Assembly: GCA_040382535.1 (NCBI GenBank)
Contig: JBEIFD010000001.1
Location: 1-24,770 of the forward strand
Origin: Merismopediaceae cyanobacterium
Lineage (GTDB): Bacteria > Cyanobacteriota > Cyanobacteriia > Cyanobacteriales > Microcystaceae
Direction of reading: 5' to 3'
DNA: 24,770 bases
Positions 17,410 to 24,770 of the stretch are shown piece by piece. The notes beneath the pieces are model-generated. The model was not told where the DNA came from. It did no database searches and worked only from the letters and a program-made list of their open reading frames with translations. The position numbers and the translations under genes are program-made. The first letter of the stretch is position 1, and the number at the start of each line of letters is the position of its first letter.

Positions 17410-17713
17410 AAATCACCTGAGCAGAGGAAAGGATTTCATGACGGCGTAGGTAGTTGCGACTATTTTCAATACCCTGACGAGTAATCAGGTCAACATCCCG
17501 ATGAAAAATAGTTTTTAATTCTGTTTCCATTAGCTCTAGCGTAAGGAAAGTGGGATGAGTATTGGGATGAAATTGTACCATCACATCAATATCGCTATTG
17601 GGGCGAAAGTCGTCGCGCAGAACAGAACCAAATAGAGCAAATTCGGTTACTTGCCATTTATGACAAAATTCAGTAATTTTCTCCATTGGTAGCTTGATTG
17701 CTGTAATCGTCAT
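17381..17713 (-). CDS. Minimal nucleotidyltransferase (MntA-like antitoxin)
   Basis: LFGSVLRDDFRPNSDIDV (GS...DxD) and RDVDL. It overlaps the HEPN start by 29 bp. Confidence 0.9.
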   Translation of the reverse strand: MTITAIKLPMEKITEFCHKWQVTEFALFGSVLRDDFRPNSDIDVMVQFHPNTHPTFLTLELMETELKTIFHRDVDLITRQGIENSRNYLRRHEILSSAQVIYATGSSISA

Positions 17714-18329
17714 GTCAGTTTTACTCTTGCTGCAAATTTTTCGTTGATTATGTCTGATGTTATCGCGGAAGTCTTATCATAATCTTTTCACAGGAAAAGC
17801 TATCAACCAATTATTTACAGGTAGAGTTCGTTCTTTTTTCAATTTCTAATTGATGATGATCTTAAGTTAAATCCTAACAACACACTGTCGTTTTTGCTCC
17901 AAGGTAAGCAATCCGTCAAAACCCAGATTCTGTAATACTTATTGGGGTTAGTGATCGTACTTTTTGTGAGAAATGCGGGAAATGTGACGAAACATAAAGC
18001 TGAAAAAGCGGTAATTTTGGTTCAAGATTCTTTGATTTTGACTCAGAGTTTAAATGATATTAAGATTTTTAAACGGATCATTGGCGATCTTCCCAAAGAA
18101 TTAGTTTTAAGTTAAAATTCCCTGTAGTTCATAAATAGGCGCGCAAATTGGCATAATTAAGCTTCTTGTTATGTTATGTGGGAAATTTTCTCGCGATCGC
18201 TCTATGTGAGAGTGATATACGGAAAGGTTCTTAAAAAAATGCGTGTTTAGCGTGATATATGGAAAGTTTCCGTATAATCCATAGTTCGACAGCACCCATC
18301 AATTACACCCAGAGACTAGAGAGGCGAAA

Positions 18330-19400
18330 ATGAAATATACGCTACACACAACGATGAAAACTGCGATTAGTGGATTGGTCATGTCGTGCATGGCATTCGC
18401 TCCTTTGCAACACGCACAGGCTTGTTCACGTGTTCTCTACGAAACGGGCAACCAGACCTATATCACAGGACGCACTATGGACTGGGCGGATGCGTCAGCC
18501 AAAACAGCACTCTGGGTCTTTCCTAGAGGGATGAAGCGCGATGGAGGAGTCGGGTCTAACCCCATCAAGTGGACATCTAAATACGGTTCAATCGCCACTT
18601 CCTTCTATGATCTCGGAACAGCCGACGGCATGAATGAAAAAGGGCTAGTCGCCAATTTACTGTACCTTAACGAGGCGGATTTCGGTGATGCGGCCAAATC
18701 AGGTAAAGCAACGCTGTCTGCTGGTGCCTGGGCACAGTATTTCCTCGACAACTATCCGACAGTGCGGGAGGCGGTTGCCGCTATGGCTGATCCCGCATTC
18801 GCCATCATTGCTCCCCCACTGCCGAATGGGAAAGCGGCAGGCCTGCATCTTTCACTCTCCGATGCGACAGGTGACTCCGCGATCCTTGAATACATCAATG
18901 GGAAACTTGTCATTCATCACGGTTCGCAGTTTACGGTTATGACCAACTCTCCCACTTTCGATCAGCAACTCGCATTGAATACCTACTGGGATCAGGTAGG
19001 GGGAAATAGTTTTCTGCCTGGCACGATCAGTGCCGCAGATCGTTTTGTTCGCGTGAGCTACAACCTCAAAGCGTCACCGAAGTACAAGGATTCCGAGCTG
19101 GCCCTTGCATCGGTATTTTCTCAGATGCGTGCAATCAGCGTTCCGCTCGGCATGGCTGACCCAGACCGTCCAAACATCGCGATGACGCTTTGGCGAACCG
19201 TGGCCGACCAAAAGGCGAAAGTTTACTACTTTGAATCGGTTATTTTTCCCGCAGTTTCGTGGGTCGATATGAATAAAGTCGATTTTGCTGAAGGGGCCAC
19301 GCCAAAAGTTATCCGCATTGAGCGAGGCCAAGCCATTTCGGGTGATGTGTCTGGTGCATTCAAGCCTTCCGAACCTTTCAAGTGGCTTGGGGCGCATTGA
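18330..19400 (+). CDS. Secreted linear amide C-N hydrolase (choloylglycine hydrolase / penicillin V acylase family, Ntn fold)
   Basis: Signal peptide ending AQA, followed by the nucleophile Cys32 (CSRV). Motifs GRTMDW, DGMNEKGL, MTNSP and LPG...DRF. Confidence 0.9.
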   Translation: MKYTLHTTMKTAISGLVMSCMAFAPLQHAQACSRVLYETGNQTYITGRTMDWADASAKTALWVFPRGMKRDGGVGSNPIKWTSKYGSIATSFYDLGTADGMNEKGLVANLLYLNEADFGDAAKSGKATLSAGAWAQYFLDNYPTVREAVAAMADPAFAIIAPPLPNGKAAGLHLSLSDATGDSAILEYINGKLVIHHGSQFTVMTNSPTFDQQLALNTYWDQVGGNSFLPGTISAADRFVRVSYNLKASPKYKDSELALASVFSQMRAISVPLGMADPDRPNIAMTLWRTVADQKAKVYYFESVIFPAVSWVDMNKVDFAEGATPKVIRIERGQAISGDVSGAFKPSEPFKWLGAH

Positions 19401-19508
19401 TCAACAGGAATTCGATGACCTTAATTTTGCCAAATTCTTATCTGGAAGCACTTCTAGAGAATTGCTCCTCTAAAAATTAAGGTAATTAGGACATCAGAAG
19501 AAAAAACG

Positions 19509-20663
19509 ATGACAAATTCTCAGGCCGATCCCTACGATTGGATAGAGCAATGTCTCTCAACTATCCATCAGGCTAATTGGTATCGATCGCCGAAATCCAT
19601 GACCAGTCCACCAGGCCCTGTGATTGAAATTGACGGTCAATCTCTCATTAATTTTGCCAGTAATGACTACCTGGGTTTAGCCACTGATCCCCGTCTCAAA
19701 CAAGCCGCGATCGCTGCCATCCAAGCTTGGGGAACGGGTAGCACAGGCTCACGCCTTCTCAGTGGCCATCGACCGATTCATCAAGCCCTAGAAAACGCGA
19801 TCGCCGAATTCAAACAAACGGAAGCCGCCCTCGTTTTTAGTTCGGGTTATTTGGCCAACCTGGGAACAATTACCGCGTTAGTGGGCCAACGGGATTTAAT
19901 TTTAAGCGATCGATATAACCATTCCAGCCTGAAAAACGGAGCCAAGCTGAGTAGTGCAGCAACTATCGAATATGAACATCAAAATATATCGGATTTAGCT
20001 GAAAAATTGCAACAGAACCGTCCTCAATACCGACGTTGCCTGATAATCAGTGACAGTATTTTTAGCATGGATGGCGATGCCTGTCCCCTACCCGATCTGA
20101 TTAATCTGGCTCAAACCCATGATTCTATGCTTCTCATTGATGAAGCCCACGCAACAGGAGTCATGGGAAAAACAGGCGCGGGAATTGTTGAGCATTTTGG
20201 CTCTCCAAGGGACGGAATTGTTCAAGTGGGAACCCTTAGTAAAGCATTGGGAAGCTTAGGGGGATACGTCGCAGGCAGTGGCAAATTAATCGACTATTTA
20301 CGCAATCGTGCCGCCACTTGGATTTATACAACGGGTCTTTCTCCTGCTGATACCGCCGCCGCGATCGCTGCCATACAAGTTATTCATCAAGAACCCCAAC
20401 GTCGCCAAAAATTATGGCAAAATGTCGCTTTTTTTAAACAACACTTGGGACAGTTAGATTTTTTTCCGACCGATTCCCCCATTCTATGTTTAAAATCAGG
20501 TAAACCAGAAGATGCTCTAAAACTTTCTGAAAAACTCCGTCAAGCAGGAATTTTTGTTCCCGCCATACGCCCCCCGACAGTTCCCAGTAGCCGATTACGT
20601 TTCTCCCTCATGGCGACCCATGACTTAGATCACATCCAAAAACTCGTAACTGCCTTGCAATAG
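19509..20663 (+). CDS. bioF: 8-amino-7-oxononanoate synthase
   Basis: [29 protein letters not shown], the PLP lysine in GTLSKALG, and AIRPPTVP. Confidence 0.95.
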   Translation: MTNSQADPYDWIEQCLSTIHQANWYRSPKSMTSPPGPVIEIDGQSLINFASNDYLGLATDPRLKQAAIAAIQAWGTGSTGSRLLSGHRPIHQALENAIAEFKQTEAALVFSSGYLANLGTITALVGQRDLILSDRYNHSSLKNGAKLSSAATIEYEHQNISDLAEKLQQNRPQYRRCLIISDSIFSMDGDACPLPDLINLAQTHDSMLLIDEAHATGVMGKTGAGIVEHFGSPRDGIVQVGTLSKALGSLGGYVAGSGKLIDYLRNRAATWIYTTGLSPADTAAAIAAIQVIHQEPQRRQKLWQNVAFFKQHLGQLDFFPTDSPILCLKSGKPEDALKLSEKLRQAGIFVPAIRPPTVPSSRLRFSLMATHDLDHIQKLVTALQ

Positions 20664-20679
20664 ACAATAGAGGGGTTTG

Positions 20680-20717
20680 AGTTAAAATAAGATTTCTTGC
20701 AAAAACTTATCTTAACT
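20680..20717. promoter_or_regulatory. 16-bp imperfect inverted repeat after bioF and upstream of the kinase gene
   Basis: AGTTAAAATAAGATTT-cttgca-AAAACTTATCTTAACT, 14/16 complementary. Confidence 0.4.
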
Positions 20718-20921
20718 AGACAAGACATCACGAAGAGAAGAAACTTTACAGATTATTCTGACTAACGGTTTGGTATAACGTCCCCCAAAAATTTGGTCAA
20801 TGTTAAGGTGTTGAACGTAAAAAAACTTAACAATACTTTATTTCATATCAACCATTAAACAGGCAAAATAGGATCATCCTTTGTTTCTTCAGTCACCAAT
20901 CCTTTCTTTACTCCTTGCTCA

Positions 20922-23708
20922 ATGCGCTGTCTCAATTGTCATCAGGAAGAAATCCCCTCCACTGCGGAATATTGTCCCCAGTGTAAGATTCACTTTCCTT
21001 CTTTATTACGAGATGTGTTAGCGCAAGAAACCTTACTCCGCAATCAGACCTACCGCCTCGATTATGCCCTCGGAAGGGGAAGCTTTGGCATTACCTATCA
21101 AGCTCACCATACCGCTTTAAATGAAGTTTTTGCGATCAAGGAATTCTATCCGATTGAATTTGCGATGCGCAATCAAGTCAATCAGTCGGTAATTATACCT
21201 GATAATTCTGAACATTCCTATCGTCGTGGGTTACAACGGTTCATGGGAGAGGGGCGCATTCTGGCGAAGTTAAATCACCCCTATGTAGTCCGTGTCCACG
21301 ATATGTTTGAGGACAATGACACTGCCTATATGGTGATGGATTTGGTCAAGGGTAGAACCCTCCGCTATATTCTCAAAAAACAGCAGGGCAATCGGTTTTC
21401 TTTGCCTAAAGTAGAAAGTATCCTGGGACAAATTGTTGAGGCTCTAACGGCAATCCATCAATCAGGCATTTATCACCTAGACCTCAAACCAGAAAATGTC
21501 ATTTTGACCCCAGAGAATAAAATTTGCTTGATTGATTTTGGGGCGGCCAGACAGGTGGTTGATTCTCGGCGCATGGAAACTCGCTTGTTTACGGAAAATT
21601 ATGCGGCTCCTGAAATTATAACGGGTGGGGAATTGGGGCCTGAAAGTGATTTATTTGAGTTGGGGATGATGCTCCATCAATTGTTGACGGGGAAACTTCC
21701 GCCCCCTGCGATGAAGCGTTTAAATGAGCAGAACGATTGGCATCCAGAGGGATTAATTGCACCTTGGGATAGGTTAGTTACATCTGCTTTACAGTTGAAT
21801 CGCAGCGATCGCCCTGCTACTGTTCGAGAATGGTGGGAATCGGGTTTCCAGTCATTACAGGAAAAAAACGGTAACGGGCATTATACTATCGCTCCAACCA
21901 TAGAGACGCTACGGGGTCAATTTCCCCTATCGGATCTGCTTCAGGAGGGAATGCAGAAGCGTTTTGGGCGGGGTGTCATCCGAAAGGTGTTGACCCTTTC
22001 TCCAGATTTGGTAGTGGTCATTGCCGCAGGAGGAGCGACGCTTTTTCAGTTATCAACAGCGAAGGCCCTTTGGGAAGTGGATTGTCCCGTCGATTGTGGA
22101 ACCCTGAGTCCCGATCATAAATTGTTGATTTTAGTGTTTCAGCAATGGGTCTATATTTGGGAAATGTCAACAGGCAGACTGGTTCAACAATTTCAGGGCC
22201 ATGAGCAACCGATTTGTCACGTGGTTTGTAGTAATCAAGATCAATTATTTTTCTGTGGGCAAAAGAGCGAAATTGTTACGTCCTGGGATGCCATTTCAGG
22301 TGAAGCCTTAAAGCAATTTTTTAAACCGATGGGGGCGATCGCGCAACTGGCCGTGAGTGGAAGCGGCAAATATTTAGCAACGGGTAGCCTGGACGGAAAT
22401 GTTTATCTTTGGGATGTAGAAAAAGGTCGAGAAATCTGCTCCCTCCAGGGACACGAACAAAGTATTGAAAGTTTAGCCTTTAGTCCCAATGAACAAATCC
22501 TCGCCTCTGGCAGTCGCGACAATACCATTCAACTCTGGTCAATTCCCACCACACAACCCCTAAAAAGGTTAAAGGGACACCTGGACTGGGTAAAAAACCT
22601 CGTGTTTAGTCAGGATAACCGTTTACTCGCCTCTAGCTCTGGCATTCAGGATAAATCCATTCGCCTTTGGCACCTGAGCGAAGGTCAGGAAATTCAACGC
22701 TTTCAGGGACACGAAAATACGATTATTTCCCTAGACTTTTGCCCTCAAAATCGCTATCTTGTCTCTGGTAGTTATGATCAGACCCTTAAAGTGTGGGATG
22801 TCGTTCAGGGCAAGGAATATCGTTCCTTAAAACAACATCATAATTGGGTCTATGGAGTTGCCTGTAGTCCCAATGGGACAAGAATTGCGACGGCAAATAA
22901 TGATCGGATGATCCACCTCTGGAATGTAAAAGATGGCTCGGAAGTAGGGTTATTAGAAGGCCATCGAGATGCAGTAACGAGTGTGGCCTTTAGCCCAGAT
23001 AATCAATATCTTTTGTCGGGGGGTTGGGATAACACCGTCAAGTTATGGGATATTTCCCTGGGGATGGTGGTGAGAACCTTTTCGGAACATACTGATTGGA
23101 TTAGTGCGGTTGCCATTAGTTCTAATTGTAAATATTTGGCTTCTGCGAGTCTGGATAAAACGGTCAGAATTTGGGATGTGTCATCGGGATGGTTAGCGTT
23201 ACTTGGCAATAAATCCCTACGCATTTTGAAGGGACATTTAGATCAAGTTACTAGCCTAGCTTTTAGTCCTGATAGCCGATTACTGGTTTCGGGCAGTAAG
23301 GATCAAACCCTGCGTCTATGGGAAGTGGATTCGGGACAGGAAGTTCATAATTTTATTGGCCATCACCACAATGTTAAATGTGTGGCCTTTAGTCCCGATG
23401 GCGAATTTCTAGCCTCTGGTAGTTGGGATGAAAGTGTTAGAATTTGGCATATTGCTTCTCAAAAACAGATTAAACCCTCCTTTATTCATTCTAGCTACGT
23501 TAATGCTTTGGCTTTCACCCCCGATGGTCAATTTTTAGCCGCAGGAGGACGAGATGGACTAATTTTTATTTGGGACGTTTTATCGGGTAAGGAAATCAAA
23601 AAATTACACGGTCACACGAATCGGATTAATTCCTTGACCTTTCACCTCCAGAGTGGAGAACTGATTTCGGCGGATCAAGATGGCGTGGTGCGGCTGTGGA
23701 GAATATAA
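20922..23708 (+). CDS. Ser/Thr protein kinase with N-terminal zinc ribbon and ~14 WD40 blades
   Basis: CLNC...CPQC; GRGSFGITY, AIKE, HLDLKPEN, DFG and APE; repeated GH...AFSPD...LASGS.D.T..LW units. Confidence 0.93.
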   Translation: MRCLNCHQEEIPSTAEYCPQCKIHFPSLLRDVLAQETLLRNQTYRLDYALGRGSFGITYQAHHTALNEVFAIKEFYPIEFAMRNQVNQSVIIPDNSEHSYRRGLQRFMGEGRILAKLNHPYVVRVHDMFEDNDTAYMVMDLVKGRTLRYILKKQQGNRFSLPKVESILGQIVEALTAIHQSGIYHLDLKPENVILTPENKICLIDFGAARQVVDSRRMETRLFTENYAAPEIITGGELGPESDLFELGMMLHQLLTGKLPPPAMKRLNEQNDWHPEGLIAPWDRLVTSALQLNRSDRPATVREWWESGFQSLQEKNGNGHYTIAPTIETLRGQFPLSDLLQEGMQKRFGRGVIRKVLTLSPDLVVVIAAGGATLFQLSTAKALWEVDCPVDCGTLSPDHKLLILVFQQWVYIWEMSTGRLVQQFQGHEQPICHVVCSNQDQLFFCGQKSEIVTSWDAISGEALKQFFKPMGAIAQLAVSGSGKYLATGSLDGNVYLWDVEKGREICSLQGHEQSIESLAFSPNEQILASGSRDNTIQLWSIPTTQPLKRLKGHLDWVKNLVFSQDNRLLASSSGIQDKSIRLWHLSEGQEIQRFQGHENTIISLDFCPQNRYLVSGSYDQTLKVWDVVQGKEYRSLKQHHNWVYGVACSPNGTRIATANNDRMIHLWNVKDGSEVGLLEGHRDAVTSVAFSPDNQYLLSGGWDNTVKLWDISLGMVVRTFSEHTDWISAVAISSNCKYLASASLDKTVRIWDVSSGWLALLGNKSLRILKGHLDQVTSLAFSPDSRLLVSGSKDQTLRLWEVDSGQEVHNFIGHHHNVKCVAFSPDGEFLASGSWDESVRIWHIASQKQIKPSFIHSSYVNALAFTPDGQFLAAGGRDGLIFIWDVLSGKEIKKLHGHTNRINSLTFHLQSGELISADQDGVVRLWRI

Positions 23709-23753
23709 AGCCCTGTAAAATAGGAAGTCTAAGATCTAGTCTTTCCCTAAATT

Positions 23754-24473
23754 ATGTCTGAAAATTTTGCTTGGTTAACCCCTAGTCATGGTGTGATGTT
23801 GGCACTCCTAGTATTTTTCGCGATCGCCCACAGTGGATTGGCGGCATTACGGAGTTGGGGAGAAACCAAAATCGGGGCAAGGGCCTATCGAGTGTTATTT
23901 GCCCTAGTCAGTATTCCCCTAGCCGTTGTTTTAATCACTTACTTTTTTAATCATCGTTACGATGGGTTGCAATTATGGCAGGTACAGGGTGTGAAAGGAG
24001 TTAAACCCTTGGTTTGGGGTTTATCGGCTCTCTCTTTTTTCTTGCTCTATCCCGCAACGTTTAATCTGCTCGAAATTGCCGCGATCGCCAAACCCGAAAT
24101 TCATCTCTACGAAACGGGTATTATCCGTATTTGTCGCCATCCCCAAATGGTCGGGCAGGTGATTTGGTGCATTGCCCACACGCTTTGGCTGGGAACAACG
24201 TTTACGCTCCTAACTTCCCTCGGACTAATTGCCCATCACGTTTTTGCTGTCTGGCATGGCGATCGCCGTTGGTTCCAAAAATATGGTGATGCCTTCCTCA
24301 AAGTCAAAGAAAGAACCTCGATTATTCCCTTCAAAGCGGTTCTAGATGGTCGCCAAACCCTTAGTTGGCAAGAATTTCTGCGTCCTTCCTATCTGGGGGT
24401 AACAGGATTTATTTTCTTGCTCTGGTGGGGACATCCCTGGCTGATGCAGGTGACCGCGAAAGCTCCTTGGTAG
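23754..24473 (+). CDS. NnrU-family protein, probable 15-cis-zeta-carotene isomerase (Z-ISO)
   Basis: HSGLAALR, YFFNHRYDG, YPATFNLLE, RICRHPQMVGQ and HGDRR match the cyanobacterial/plant Z-ISO pattern. Confidence 0.85.
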   Translation: MSENFAWLTPSHGVMLALLVFFAIAHSGLAALRSWGETKIGARAYRVLFALVSIPLAVVLITYFFNHRYDGLQLWQVQGVKGVKPLVWGLSALSFFLLYPATFNLLEIAAIAKPEIHLYETGIIRICRHPQMVGQVIWCIAHTLWLGTTFTLLTSLGLIAHHVFAVWHGDRRWFQKYGDAFLKVKERTSIIPFKAVLDGRQTLSWQEFLRPSYLGVTGFIFLLWWGHPWLMQVTAKAPW

Positions 24474-24556
24474 ATTTTTCCCCACGCGATCGCCGTCCGG
24501 AAGAAAAAATCTCAGTTGAGATGGTTTTTCGGAGTCTATACTATGTAGCAAAGGCT

Positions 24557-24628
24557 TCAGCAAATTTCGGAAGAAATAATTACTAAATCCATATCTTCCA
24601 TCGGAATGGCTCCTAATAAAACTTGAGG
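24557..24628 (-). pseudogene. Fragment resembling the C-terminus of a clan AA aspartic-protease-like protein
   Basis: Minus frame reads PQVLLGAIPMEDMDLVIISSEIC*. There is no upstream ATG start or D(T/S)G motif before an in-frame TAA near 24734. Confidence 0.45.
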
Positions 24629-24720
24629 CTCCAGCAATTCTAAATTTAGCGTTAGGTAAGGGTTGTAGAAAAAAGGATAATGGGAAAGGAGAACAAAATT
24701 GAAAACAGGAGGCAAAAAAG

Positions 24721-24770
24721 ATGCAAGGGATAATTAGTATGGGTGGAGTTATAGCTTACTTGTTAGCAGG
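24721..24770 (+). CDS. Probable start of a gene running off the window (MQGIISMGGVIAYLLAG...)
   Basis: AGGAGG RBS at 24707-24712, 8 nt before the ATG. The frame is open to the end of the window. Confidence 0.4.
   Translation, partial: MQGIISMGGVIAYLLA

Larger units (their letters stand above)
25..24493. repeat. HIP1 octamer GCGATCGC dispersed throughout (about 28 copies by eye)
   Basis: Examples at 25, 1544, 4047, 5421, 7479, 10077, 11888, 12164, 15250, 16041, 16940, 18193, 19707, 19797, 20361, 21805, 22335, 23820, 24081, 24259 and 24486. Confidence 0.95.

Noticed and set aside
17852-18113. TPR-like phrases in broken + strand frames (LKLNPNNTLSFLLQG, AIRQNPD, AEKAVILVQDSL)
   Set aside because: The spacing does not fit 34-aa TPRs and the matches are too short. 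A gene relic is possible but needs BLASTx support.
18107-18295. 62-aa minus-strand ORF
   Set aside because: No ATG start, RBS or similarity.
1471-24473. CCD and Z-ISO as a carotenoid cluster
   Set aside because: They are 21 kb apart with unrelated genes between them.
24342-24586. Two 73-aa ORFs overlapping the end of the Z-ISO gene
   Set aside because: They overlap a real gene, start at non-ATG or unsupported codons and have no motifs.

Overview
AT-rich cyanobacterial chromosomal window with about 28 HIP1 octamers (GCGATCGC, counted by eye). The gene set and petR-petP-bcp order suggest a unicellular Synechocystis/Snowella/Woronichinia-like organism (inference). Conserved genes: the C-terminus of an M14 peptidase, a GT14 glycosyltransferase, a carotenoid cleavage dioxygenase, a circularly permuted ATP-grasp + alpha-E pair, petR-petP-bcp, an ArnT-like glycosyltransferase, a CPBP protease, bioF, a Ser/Thr kinase-WD40 protein and NnrU/Z-ISO. 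Two accessory blocks interrupt these. The first (2.9-7.75 kb) holds a DUF3782 nuclease-like gene, a large RTX/Calx-beta surface-protein gene broken by an in-frame TGA, and a DUF4160/DUF2442 pair; each module is bounded by a ~40-bp HIP1-bracketed mini-element. The second (17.05-19.45 kb) holds an MNT-HEPN toxin-antitoxin pair and a GC-rich secreted Ntn hydrolase. The most interesting lead is a small basic ORF (13523-13783) with a KGKGGS motif and an intrinsic terminator inside the reading frame, upstream of the stop codon. This matches the non-stop-mRNA design of ArfA/BrfA ribosome-rescue factors; the assignment is a hypothesis. No rRNA, tRNA, CRISPR array or transposase was recognised.
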